Origin: an uncultured Actinomycetes bacterium
Lineage (GTDB): Bacteria > Actinomycetota > Thermoleophilia > UBA2241
Assembly: GCA_963783865.1 (NCBI GenBank)
Contig: CAWAPD010000002.1
Coordinates: forward strand, 54,950-118,949
DNA: 64,000 nt
Direction of reading: 5' to 3'
Shown here in pieces: positions 9,775 to 18,259 of this stretch (position 1 is the first letter of the stretch; each line of letters starts with the position of its first letter). A model generated the notes under the pieces. The model searched no databases and had not been told where the DNA came from. It saw only the letters and a program-made list of their open reading frames with translations. The position numbers and the translations under genes are program-made.

Positions 9775-9824
9775 GGCGCGGGGGCGGGCGGGGCGGCGTA
9801 CGCCGCCCCGCCCGCCCCCGCGCC
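9775..9824. terminator. Long GC-rich hairpin between convergent genes
   Basis: GCGGGGGCGGGCGGGGCGGCG-TA-CGCCGCCCCGCCCGCCCCCGC (21-bp arms plus flanking pairs), between the stops at 9770 (+) and 9848 (-). Confidence 0.6.
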
Positions 9825-9847
9825 GAACGCCCCACCGAACGCTCGCG

Positions 9848-10135
9848 CTACCGGCCCGCGCCCTCCTTGTCGGTCAGCGCAAAGCCGAGCCCCGTGTTCA
9901 GCTCTTCCCTGTTGGTCTGCTCGACGCCGAGCGTCAGGCCGCCGCCTCCGATCATGCCGCCGCCCAGCTCGTCGCGGGTCAGGAACCCGCCGCGGGTCGT
10001 CGCCGGGGCCGCGGCCGCCGTCGTGGTCGAGGACGAAGTGGCCGTCGACACCGGCATCGTCGCAGCCACGCTGACGGCGGCCATGAGGACGAAGATGAGC
10101 GCCAGACCCAGCCCACTCACCAGCCGAAAGCTCAC
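9848..10135 (-). CDS. Small secreted/anchored Gly/Thr-rich protein (95 aa)
   Basis: GTG start with strong SD GAGGAGG. N-terminal signal/TM 'LGLALIFVLMAAVSVAA'. Confidence 0.55.
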   Translation of the reverse strand: MSFRLVSGLGLALIFVLMAAVSVAATMPVSTATSSSTTTAAAAPATTRGGFLTRDELGGGMIGGGGLTLGVEQTNREELNTGLGFALTDKEGAGR

Positions 10136-10268
10136 GAACGCCTCCTCACTCGTTCCGCGCTCTCCGTCTCGCGGCCGCCTCGCGAGCGCGGGTTAGGCGG
10201 CCGGTTTCCCCCGCGATCCTGCCCGCTAATCCGTTGCCTTCGCGGTTCCCGGCGAGGCTGTGGGAGAC

Positions 10269-10290
10269 CGTTCATCCTCCGTTCATCCTC
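10269..10290 (+). promoter_or_regulatory. Perfect tandem 11-bp direct repeat (CGTTCATCCTC x2), candidate OmpR-family response-regulator site
   Basis: Read directly: CGTTCATCCTCCGTTCATCCTC. It lies about 135-155 nt upstream of the NOX-like gene start. The one-helical-turn spacing is typical of OmpR/PhoB sites, and a cognate-looking TCS is adjacent. Confidence 0.35.
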
Positions 10291-10423
10291 GCCGGTGAGA
10301 ACCGTCCTCGAGTCAAGAGAGAGGCTGGGGGCGGCGAGGGCCGCGGACCGACGCCGCGGCCGCCAACGCGGCGGCAGCCGCGGCCCTCACCGCCCGCCGG
10401 CCGCAGCAGAGGAGTTGAGGAGC

Positions 10424-11839
10424 GTGAACGGAGAGCCGCAGACCTACGCCGCCGACGCCGGGGGACTGGCGGACGGGCGCGCCCGGGCGCGGGGAGAGAT
10501 CACTCCCCGCGCCGCCGGCGCGCCCCGGCCGCGCCGCTGGGTCGCCCGTCTCTTCGGGTGGGCGGCGGCGCTCGGGCTGTTCGTGTCGGTGGCGCTGGTC
10601 GCGCCCGTCGAGAAGGCGAGCGTGCTGGCGGCGCCGGGAGGCCTGCTGACGGCCGCCGGTCGCGTGGCGGGCATGGCCGGCGCGTACCTGATGCTGGTCA
10701 CCGTGCTGCTGATCGGCCGCATCCCCGTGGTCGAACGTGCGCTCGGCCAGGACAGGCTCGTCAAGTTGCACCGCCGGCTCGGCCCTTGGGTGCTGGGTCT
10801 GATCGGCGCTCACGTGGCGCTGGTCACCCTCGGGTACGCGCAGCAGGTCCGCACCGGGCCGCTGCACGAGCTGGCGACGATGGTCGCCACCTTCCCCGGC
10901 ATGCTGATGGCCGCCGCAGGCACCGCCCTGTTGGCGCTGGCCGGCGTCACCTCCTATCGCTACGCCCGCCGGCACATGAAGTACGAGACCTGGTGGGCCG
11001 TGCACCTCTACACCTACCTGGCCATCGGCCTCTCGTTCTGGCACCAGATCGCGACCGGCGCGCCGTTCCTCGGCCACCCCTTGGCCAAAGCCTGGTGGGC
11101 CGGCGTGTGGGTGCTGACCGCCGGCCTGGTGCTCGGCTACCGCTGGGGCCTGCCGCTCGTGCGCAGCCTGCGGCACCGCGTCAGGGTCGCCGCCGTCCGG
11201 GCCGAGAGCGACGACGTGATCTCGGTGACCCTGCAGGGGCGCCGTCTGGACCGGCTGCCGGTCAGCGGCGGTCAGTTCCTGCACTGGCGGTTCCTGCGCC
11301 GGGGCATGTGGTGGCAGGCGCACCCCTACTCACTGTCGGCCCTGCCGACCACGCACGAGATGCGGATCACGGTCAAGAAGATCGGCGACCACAGCCAGGC
11401 TCTCGAAGGCATCCGGCCGGGAACGCGCGTGGCCATCGAAGGCCCGTATGGGGCCTTCACCCACCACGCCCGTCGCACGGACCGCGTGCTGCTCGTGGCC
11501 GCGGGCGTCGGCATCACTCCCGTCCGAGCCCTGCTCGAGGACCTGCCGCGGCACGTCGACGTGGTCGCCATCATGCGCGGTTCCAGCGAGGCCGACCTGG
11601 TGCTGCGGCACGAGATCGCGTCGCTGGTCGGCGAGCGCGGCGGACGGCTCCACGAGGTCGTCGGCCCACGCTCCCAGGCCCCGCTCGACGCGGCGCACCT
11701 GCGCTCGCTCGTGCCGGACATCGCCGAGCGCGACCTGTACGTGTGCGGCCCGTCCGGGTTCATGCGGCACCTGATCGGCGAGGCCCGCTCGCTGGGAGTG
11801 CCGGACCGCAACATCCACCACGAGGACTTCGCCTTCTGA
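10424..11839 (+). CDS. NOX/ferric-reductase-like flavocytochrome (ferric reductase TM domain + FAD-binding + NAD(P)-binding)
   Basis: GTG 10424 follows GGAGTTGAGGAG. TM His pairs 'H-x13-H' (HRRLGPWVLGLIGAH) and 'H-x12-H' (HLYTYLAIGLSFWH). FAD motif 'HPYSL'. NAD region 'VLLVAAGVGITP' and 'CGPSGFM'. The start codon is uncertain. Confidence 0.85.
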   Translation: MNGEPQTYAADAGGLADGRARARGEITPRAAGAPRPRRWVARLFGWAAALGLFVSVALVAPVEKASVLAAPGGLLTAAGRVAGMAGAYLMLVTVLLIGRIPVVERALGQDRLVKLHRRLGPWVLGLIGAHVALVTLGYAQQVRTGPLHELATMVATFPGMLMAAAGTALLALAGVTSYRYARRHMKYETWWAVHLYTYLAIGLSFWHQIATGAPFLGHPLAKAWWAGVWVLTAGLVLGYRWGLPLVRSLRHRVRVAAVRAESDDVISVTLQGRRLDRLPVSGGQFLHWRFLRRGMWWQAHPYSLSALPTTHEMRITVKKIGDHSQALEGIRPGTRVAIEGPYGAFTHHARRTDRVLLVAAGVGITPVRALLEDLPRHVDVVAIMRGSSEADLVLRHEIASLVGERGGRLHEVVGPRSQAPLDAAHLRSLVPDIAERDLYVCGPSGFMRHLIGEARSLGVPDRNIHHEDFAF

Positions 11840-11858
11840 GGCGAGGGGAGGGACGACG

Positions 11859-12359
11859 ATGAGACGCGCACCGATAGTCATCGCCGCCACGGCGGCGGGG
11901 CTGGCCGCGACGGCGACCTTCCGCCCGAGCGGCGGAGTGGTGAGCGCCGCCAATCTGGCGTCGCTGTCGGTCGGCAACGCCCACGTCGCCGGCGCCCAGA
12001 CGGTGGTCGGCAGCGTGCAGCCGCTGGCCGGCAACCTCGGCACCATCCAGGTCAAGGTCACCGCCGCAAAAGGCAAGATCGTCAGCGTCGGCATGGCCCA
12101 GATGAACCTGCACGGGCCACAGTCGACACAGATCTCGAGCGGGGTGATCCCGCAGCTCGAGCAACAGGTCGTGGCCGCCAACGGCGGGCCGATCCACGGC
12201 GTCTCGGGCGCCACCTACACGAGCCAGGCGTTCACCAGGTCGCTGCAGGCGGCCCTGACGAAGCTCACAGGAGGGCCCAATGCAGCACTTGCAGCAGGTC
12301 ATGGGAACGGTGGTCTCCTACAGCATCAGGGAGGCGGCGACGAAGGCCACGACGACTGA
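11859..12359 (+). CDS. Membrane-anchored/secreted FMN-binding domain protein (ApbE flavinylation substrate)
   Basis: N-terminal anchor 'APIVIAATAAGLAATA'. FMN_bind-type region ending in the flavinylation motif 'GVSGAT' (nt 12198-12215). Confidence 0.8.
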   Translation: MRRAPIVIAATAAGLAATATFRPSGGVVSAANLASLSVGNAHVAGAQTVVGSVQPLAGNLGTIQVKVTAAKGKIVSVGMAQMNLHGPQSTQISSGVIPQLEQQVVAANGGPIHGVSGATYTSQAFTRSLQAALTKLTGGPNAALAAGHGNGGLLQHQGGGDEGHDD

Positions 12360-13077
12360 GACTGAGGCGAGGGCGGCGGCGGCGAACGCCGCCGCCGCCC
12401 TCGGCCGCGCCGTCGCGAAGCTGGAGTGGGTCGACGACGTCTTCAGCACGTACCGGTTCGACAGCCCGGTGAGCCGTCTGCGGCGTCGCGAGATCGCCCT
12501 CGACGCGGCGCCTCCCGAGGTCACCGAGGTGCTCGAACTGTGCCGCCTGGCGCACGAAGCCTCGGGCGGCTGGTTCGATCCGTGGGCCCTGCCCGGTGGC
12601 CTCGATCCCACCGGCTTGGTCAAAGGCTGGGCCGTGGAACGGGCGCTCGACGAGCTCAAGGCCGCCGGCGTGCCGGCGGCGATGATCAACGCCGGCGGCG
12701 ACATCGCGATGTACGGCGAGCCCGAGGACGGCAAGCCGTGGCGGGTCGGCGTTCGCGACCCGGGCGACGGCCGCCGCCTGCTCTGCGTCGTCGAGATCGA
12801 AGGCACCGGTGCCGTCGCCACGTCCGGGTCCTACGAGCGCGGCGACCACGTGCTCGATCCGATCGCGGGCGGCACGGCCCGCGGCCTGTCGTCGGCCACC
12901 GTGATCGGCCTCGACCTGGCGTTCGCCGACGCGCTGGCCACGGGGCTGTTCGCCTCGGGCGGCAAGGCGCTCGCGGCGATCGCTCGCTTCAGCGGCTACC
13001 ACGCCTTCGTGATCGACGAGACAGGCGTGCCTCGCGCGACACCGGGCTTCCCGCTGGCGCTCACCCTCGCGGCGTAG
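12280..13077 (+). CDS. apbE: FAD:protein FMN transferase
   Basis: ApbE-family features: 'VMGTVVSY' at the N-terminus, 'GLVKGWA' and 'AVATSGSYERG'. It overlaps the FMN-binding gene by 80 nt. Confidence 0.85.
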   Translation: MQHLQQVMGTVVSYSIREAATKATTTETEARAAAANAAAALGRAVAKLEWVDDVFSTYRFDSPVSRLRRREIALDAAPPEVTEVLELCRLAHEASGGWFDPWALPGGLDPTGLVKGWAVERALDELKAAGVPAAMINAGGDIAMYGEPEDGKPWRVGVRDPGDGRRLLCVVEIEGTGAVATSGSYERGDHVLDPIAGGTARGLSSATVIGLDLAFADALATGLFASGGKALAAIARFSGYHAFVIDETGVPRATPGFPLALTLAA

Positions 13078-14050
13078 GCAGCCAGATGGTGGCGGTCGTG
13101 CCGGTGCCCGGCGCGCTGGCGAGGGTCACGTCGCCACCCATGCGGCGCACCGCCCAGCGCGCGATGGCAAGGCCGAGGCCCGAGCCGCCGCGGGCGCGCG
13201 AGCGCGACGGGTCGCCGCGGTAGAAGCGGTCGAAGACGTGGGCCAGCACCTCGGGCGGGATCCCCTCGCCGTGGTCGGTGACCGTGATCTCACTGCGGCG
13301 GGCGCCGGTGGCGACCGTGACCCGCACGCGCGACCCGGCCGGCGAGTGCTCGATCGCGTTGCGCAGGATGTTGGCCAGCGCCCGCCGCAGGTGGCCGGGG
13401 TCACCGGTGGCTGGAGCGTGGCCGCCGGCGTCGAGCTCGAGCTCGACGCCGGCGGCCCCCGCCAGGCCGCGCAGGCTGGCGGTCGTCTCGCGAGCGAGCG
13501 GCTCGAGATCGAGACGCTCGCTCGCGACAGGTTCCTCGCGGGCATCGATCCGCGACAGGGTCAGCAGGTCCTCGACCATGGCGCCCATCCGGTCGACCTC
13601 CTCGAGCCCGCTGACCAGGGACGGCCGCGCCTGGTCGCTGAGCGCCGGGTCGCGCAACGCCACCTCGAAGTCGGCCTTCATCACGGCCAGCGGCGTGCGC
13701 AGATCGTGCGAGGCGTCGGCCACGAACCGCCGTTGGGCGGCCACGCTCTCGCGGATCGGCTTGAGCGTGCGGCGCGCGTAGAGCAAGCCGCCCACGCCGA
13801 CGGCGACGACGATCACGCCGTCGAGCGCCACGAGCCGCCAGCGCAGCTTGCCGAGCGAGCGGCTGACGTACTCGCTCTCCGTCTCGCCGTCGCCCGGCGT
13901 GCGGGCGGCGGCGTTGCGGATGTCGGTGCGGAACGTCAGGTACATGAAGATGCTCGAGACGATCACGAGCACGATCACGATGCCGGCGAACAGCAGCGCC
14001 AGGCGGGTCTGGGCGCGGGCGAAGACGTCGGGGGCGGCCGGCTCAGCCAC
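13061..14050 (-). CDS. Sensor histidine kinase (two TM helices, short extracytoplasmic loop)
   Basis: H-box 'ASHDLRTPLA'. N box 'LRNAIEHSP'. G boxes 'DHGEGIP' and 'GGSGLGLAIA'. Confidence 0.92.
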   Translation of the reverse strand: MAEPAAPDVFARAQTRLALLFAGIVIVLVIVSSIFMYLTFRTDIRNAAARTPGDGETESEYVSRSLGKLRWRLVALDGVIVVAVGVGGLLYARRTLKPIRESVAAQRRFVADASHDLRTPLAVMKADFEVALRDPALSDQARPSLVSGLEEVDRMGAMVEDLLTLSRIDAREEPVASERLDLEPLARETTASLRGLAGAAGVELELDAGGHAPATGDPGHLRRALANILRNAIEHSPAGSRVRVTVATGARRSEITVTDHGEGIPPEVLAHVFDRFYRGDPSRSRARGGSGLGLAIARWAVRRMGGDVTLASAPGTGTTATIWLPTPRG

Positions 14051-14792
14051 GGCGACCGCCGTCGTCGGGGCCGGCCGCCCCGGCCGACCCCACGGCCCCG
14101 GCGGCCAGCACGTAGCCCACGCCGCGCACCGCCCGGATGAGGCTCGGCTCGCCCGGCCGGTCGAGCTTCTTGCGCAGGCGGCCCACGTAGACGTCGACGA
14201 CGTTCGAGAACGCGTCGGACTCGTCGTCCCAGGCGTGGTCGAGGATCCAGTCGCGGCTCACGACCTGCCCCGCGCGACGCATGAGCAGCTCGAGCAGGCC
14301 GTACTCCTTGGCGCTGAGCGCGACCGGCTCTCCCCCGCGCCGCACCTGTCGGGTCGCCGGGTCGAGCGCCACGTCGCCGACGGCGAGCACCGGGGGCAGC
14401 GCCTGTCGCGGGCGCCGCAGCAGCGTGCGGAGGCGGGCCAGCAGCTCCTCGAAGGCGAAGGGCTTGACCAGGTAGTCGTCGGCGCCGCTGTCAAGGCCCG
14501 CGACCTTGTCGGTCGTCGCGTCGCGCGCCGTCAACATCAGGACCGGCACGGTGACCCCCCGGTCGCGCAGTTCGCGACAGAGGGTGAAGCCGTCGACGCC
14601 GGGCAGCATCACGTCGAGGACGATGACGTCGAAGGGGTGACCGGCGTCGATGGGCTCGCCGCGCGCCGCCGCCAGGCGGCGGCGCGCGGCGAGCCCATCG
14701 TGCAGCACGTCGACCGCATAGCCTTCGGTCTCGAGACCGCGCTTGAGCGTGGCGGCGAGCTTGACGGTGTCTTCGACGATCAGGATCCGCAT
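14043..14792 (-). CDS. OmpR/PhoB-family response regulator
   Basis: 'MRILIVEDT', 'DVIVLDVMLPGVDG', and a winged-helix C-terminus 'LSAKEYGLLELL..VRGVGY'. It overlaps the kinase start by 8 nt. The longer track ORF upstream is artefact. Confidence 0.93.
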   Translation of the reverse strand: MRILIVEDTVKLAATLKRGLETEGYAVDVLHDGLAARRRLAAARGEPIDAGHPFDVIVLDVMLPGVDGFTLCRELRDRGVTVPVLMLTARDATTDKVAGLDSGADDYLVKPFAFEELLARLRTLLRRPRQALPPVLAVGDVALDPATRQVRRGGEPVALSAKEYGLLELLMRRAGQVVSRDWILDHAWDDESDAFSNVVDVYVGRLRKKLDRPGEPSLIRAVRGVGYVLAAGAVGSAGAAGPDDGGRRG

Positions 14793-14961
14793 GGCCTCCG
14801 GCGTCCTCCTGTCGGTGGTCGCGCCAGGTGCAACCTTCCCGTTTCGGGCACCGCCGAGTCCCACGGGTGCGGGCGTGCCTGGAGCGCGGGCGCATCTCCC
14901 GGCTCGTCCGCGCCACCCCGCCGTCGTCCAGGCGGTCGCGCCCTCGCGCGCCGGCTCGCGT

Positions 14962-15501
14962 ATGATGCGCAGTGACCGCCAACCTCCGCCAAAGGAGTCA
15001 GCCACGGAGCGCAAGGTCGAGGGCACGCAGAACGTCAGCCGCATGTGCCTGGTCTGCGGGACCGAGAACGCGCTGGGGCTTCATGCCCGCTTCTTCGAGC
15101 TCGAGGGCGGCGAGGTCGTCGGCGTGTTCACGCCGCGTCCCGAGCACCAGGGCTATCCCGGGCGCCTGCACGGCGGCGTCGTGGCGGCGATCCTCGACGA
15201 GACGGTCGGCCGCGCCGTCAACGCCATCGGCCCGGGCACGTGGGGCGTGACCGCCGAGCTCACCGTCCGCTACCGGGCGCCCGTGCCGATCGACCGCGAG
15301 GTGCGCGCCGTGGGCCGGATCACGCGCGACGCCGGCCGGCTGTTCGAGGGCCACGGCGAGATCGTCGTCGACGGCAAGGTGGCCGCCGAGGCACGGGGCA
15401 AGTACGTGCGCCTCCCGATCGACGACATCGTCGACGAGGAGTTCACGAAGCTGAACTGGTTCCCCGACCCTTGCGAGGCGCCCGACTCGATCGACGTGTA
15501 G
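14962..15501 (+). CDS. PaaI/hotdog-fold thioesterase
   Basis: 'GRLHGGVVAAILDETVGRA' hotdog active-site region, with N-terminal 'CLVCG'. The start is uncertain (ATG 14962 or ATG 15043). Confidence 0.7.
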   Translation: MMRSDRQPPPKESATERKVEGTQNVSRMCLVCGTENALGLHARFFELEGGEVVGVFTPRPEHQGYPGRLHGGVVAAILDETVGRAVNAIGPGTWGVTAELTVRYRAPVPIDREVRAVGRITRDAGRLFEGHGEIVVDGKVAAEARGKYVRLPIDDIVDEEFTKLNWFPDPCEAPDSIDV

Positions 15502-15519
15502 GCGGAGGGGCGCCGAGCC

Positions 15520-16239
15520 GTGAACTGGCAGTTCGACCCGCCCGGTGAGCCCGGACCGCCGGCGGCGGCCCCGCGACCGCCCGCGCCCGGAGCAGTCCCG
15601 CCGCCCGAGGCCGGCGAGCGGCCGGCGGCCCGGCCCGATGTCGACGCGCTCTTCGAGCAGGCGCGCGCATCGTCGGGCCGCCGCGCCGGCCGCCGGTCCT
15701 GGTCGCCCGACCCCGACGGGCTGTGGAGCACCACCCTGCAGTGGGTCGTCGCCGCCGCCGTGACCCTCTTCCTGGCCTGGGCCACCTACGCCCACGGCGG
15801 CTGGGTGCTGATCCTCTCGAGCTTCGACCTCGGCGTCCACGAGTTCGGCCACCTGGTCTTCTTCTGGGCGCCGACGCTGTGGGTGCAGGCCGCGGGGTCG
15901 TTCATGCAGGTGTTCCTGCCGCTGGCGCTGGTGGCGTACTTCCTCTGGCGCCGCGACCGCTTCGCGGCGATCCTCATGATCGCCTGGGCGGCCGAGTCGC
16001 TGGACAACGTGTCGGTCTACATCGGCGACGCGCGGCGCATGGAGCTGACCCTGTTCAACGACGACGGCTCGGGCTCGGGCCACGACTGGCACAACATCCT
16101 GAGCGAGCTGCACCAGCTGCCCCGGACCGACGTGCTGGCGCACTTCGTGCGCGCCGCGTCGGTCCTCCTCTTCCTCACCGCGCTCGGCCTCTCGCTGTAC
16201 TGGCTCGTGCGGTCGCGGCGGGCGCGGCGGGCGGCGTAG
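15520..16239 (+). CDS. Membrane protein with HExGH metalloprotease-like motif and Pro-rich N-terminus
   Basis: GTG start. 'GVHEFGHLVFF' lies next to TM helices. There are 4-5 hydrophobic segments. Confidence 0.6.
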   Translation: MNWQFDPPGEPGPPAAAPRPPAPGAVPPPEAGERPAARPDVDALFEQARASSGRRAGRRSWSPDPDGLWSTTLQWVVAAAVTLFLAWATYAHGGWVLILSSFDLGVHEFGHLVFFWAPTLWVQAAGSFMQVFLPLALVAYFLWRRDRFAAILMIAWAAESLDNVSVYIGDARRMELTLFNDDGSGSGHDWHNILSELHQLPRTDVLAHFVRAASVLLFLTALGLSLYWLVRSRRARRAA

Positions 16240-16316
16240 CTCCCGCCGCGCCCGGGTACGGCTAGCCTGACACCGGCCGGCGCCCGCCGGCGGGCGCCGG
16301 CAAGGAGGCTGCTGCC

Positions 16317-17012
16317 ATGAAGATCGGGATCGTAGGCTCGGGCGCCGTGGCCCAAACGCTGGGGACGAGGCTGGCGGAGCTCGGCCAGACCGTGATGATC
16401 AGCTCACGCGACACGGGCAGGGGGAAGGACCTGGGCGAGCGCGGCGCGCTGCCGTCGGCCGACGAGTGGGCGGCGGCCCAGCGTGCCGCCGGGCGCGAAG
16501 CGGCGGCTGGCAGCTTCGACGCCGCCGCCGTCTTCGGCGAGCTCGTCATCGTGGCCACGCCGGGCCTGAACGCGCTCGACGCTCTGGCCACCGTCGAGCG
16601 GGCCGCCCTCGACGGCAAGATCGTGGTCGACCTCTCGAACCCGCTCGACTTCTCCCACGGGATGCCGCCGATCCTCGGCGTGTGCAACACCGAGTCCATC
16701 GGCGAGCGCGTCCAGGCCGCCTTCCCCGAGGCGCGCGTCGTGAAGACGCTGAACACGGTCAACGTGGGCGTGATGATCGATCCCGGCGCGCTCGGCGAGG
16801 ACACGCACCTGTTCGTCGCCGGCAACGACGCCGAGGCGAAGCGCTGGGTGACCGAGCATCTCCTCATGGGTCTGCTGGGCTGGAAGCTCGTGCTCGACGT
16901 CGGCGACATCACGGCCGCCAGGGGGTTGGAGATGTACCTGCCGTTGTGGCTGCGCCTGTTGCGCGCGACCGGCACCGCCATGGTGAACGTCAAGGTGGTC
17001 GCGGCGGCGTGA
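16317..17012 (+). CDS. NADP oxidoreductase, coenzyme F420-dependent family (NpdG-like)
   Basis: Rossmann 'MKIGIVGSGAVAQTLG'. The family-typical layout continues to 'GNDAEAK..V..L'. SD AAGGAGG upstream. Confidence 0.75.
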   Translation: MKIGIVGSGAVAQTLGTRLAELGQTVMISSRDTGRGKDLGERGALPSADEWAAAQRAAGREAAAGSFDAAAVFGELVIVATPGLNALDALATVERAALDGKIVVDLSNPLDFSHGMPPILGVCNTESIGERVQAAFPEARVVKTLNTVNVGVMIDPGALGEDTHLFVAGNDAEAKRWVTEHLLMGLLGWKLVLDVGDITAARGLEMYLPLWLRLLRATGTAMVNVKVVAAA

Positions 17013-17043
17013 GAGACAAGGCGGCTGGTGAGAGCCAGCGGCG

Positions 17044-17080
17044 ACGAGGGCGGCGGGGCCTGCAGCCCCGCCGCCCTCGT
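17044..17080. terminator. Perfect hairpin between convergent genes (16-bp stem, 5-nt loop)
   Basis: ACGAGGGCGGCGGGGC-CTGCA-GCCCCGCCGCCCTCGT. Confidence 0.6.
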
Positions 17081-17124
17081 CCTCCCCGGCCGCCGTCGTC
17101 ACACCGGCCGGCGGCCCTCCACCG

Positions 17125-18165
17125 TCAGAGCGACGTCGTCGCCAGGTACTGGTCCAGTACGTCGACGACCGTCCCGAGCTGCGTCTCGATGCGGCCCGGG
17201 TACCGGATCTCCCAGTAGGCGAGCGTGTCCTTGTTGGTATGCCAGATCACGCCGTCCTTGGTCGTGTTCTCGTAGCCGTCCTTGTCCCCGATGAGCCAGT
17301 TCGTCGCCTCGAAGTACACCCACGGGATGTGGCCGGCCTCGAAGGCATCGCTGTCGCTGAAGAAGGGCTCGGTCTCCCCGTACGGGATCGGCTTGTGGCC
17401 GTAGTCGGCGAGCGGCTTGCTGAGGCCCGGGTTGGTCATCAGCGGCGTGCCCTGCTGCCGGGCGATGCGCTGCAGCTGCAGCCGCGCGTCGAAGCTGACC
17501 GCGTTGCCGGGGCCGTTGTACACGCACAGCTGGTCGCCCCCGGCGGGGCTATCGAGGTTGACCGTCAGCGCGATGTCACCGCGCTCGGTCGGCGTCAGGT
17601 GCTTCACGTAGTAGGAGGAACCCTCTTCGCCGAACTCCTCACCGCCGAAGGCGATGAAGACCAGCGTGTCCGGAGTCGCCACCGACTGGAACCGGGCGGC
17701 CAGATCGAGCACGACGGCGACGCCCGTGGCATTGTCGGCGGCGCCGCGGTTGGTCGGGTTCGGCTGGCCGGCATAGGTCGCGAACGCCGAGTCATAGTGC
17801 GCACCGACGACGATCACCTTCGACGAGCTGCCCGGCTTGATCGCGATGACGTTGGCCGTCTCCCTCGTCTTGCCGCCGCCGACGAACGAGAAGTCTTGGA
17901 CCTGGGGCGTGTAGCCGGCGGCCGTGAACTGGTCCGCGACCCACTGGGTCGCGGCCGCGCCGCCCGCCGTGCCGGCCACCCTGCGGCCGATACCGTCGGT
18001 CAGCCCGGCGAGGTACTCGTAGGCGGAGGCGCCGGCGGAGACCGTCGCCGGCGCCCCGCCGGCGCCGCCTCCGCCGGGCGACGCGGCCAGGCTCAGCGAC
18101 GCCCACAGCGCCAGGCCGAGCAGCCCCGCGACGACCACCGCCAGCATGAGTCTCCTTCGATTCAT
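17125..18165 (-). CDS. Secreted M28-family aminopeptidase
   Basis: Signal peptide 'LMLAVVVAGLLGLALWASLSLA'. Zn-ligand regions 'VGAHYDS', 'GAADNATGVAVVL' and 'FGGEEFGEEGS'. Confidence 0.85.
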   Translation of the reverse strand: MNRRRLMLAVVVAGLLGLALWASLSLAASPGGGGAGGAPATVSAGASAYEYLAGLTDGIGRRVAGTAGGAAATQWVADQFTAAGYTPQVQDFSFVGGGKTRETANVIAIKPGSSSKVIVVGAHYDSAFATYAGQPNPTNRGAADNATGVAVVLDLAARFQSVATPDTLVFIAFGGEEFGEEGSSYYVKHLTPTERGDIALTVNLDSPAGGDQLCVYNGPGNAVSFDARLQLQRIARQQGTPLMTNPGLSKPLADYGHKPIPYGETEPFFSDSDAFEAGHIPWVYFEATNWLIGDKDGYENTTKDGVIWHTNKDTLAYWEIRYPGRIETQLGTVVDVLDQYLATTSL

Positions 18166-18259
18166 GGCTTCCCCCTTGTCTCTCGATGGCTTCCGATGCC
18201 AGTCGGGGCCGGCGCGCAGACCACCCGGCCTGCGCGCCGGCCCCCGTGACCGCAGTCCC

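Noticed and set aside
8780-10423. Upstream 548 codons of the 1019-aa plus-strand ORF 8780-11839
   Set aside because: The sequence is Arg/Pro/Gly-rich low complexity typical of an off-frame read through GC-rich DNA. It overlaps four better-supported genes (9002-9310, 9492-9770, 9848-10135 and the end of 7974-8966). Recognisable ferric-reductase sequence only starts near 10424.
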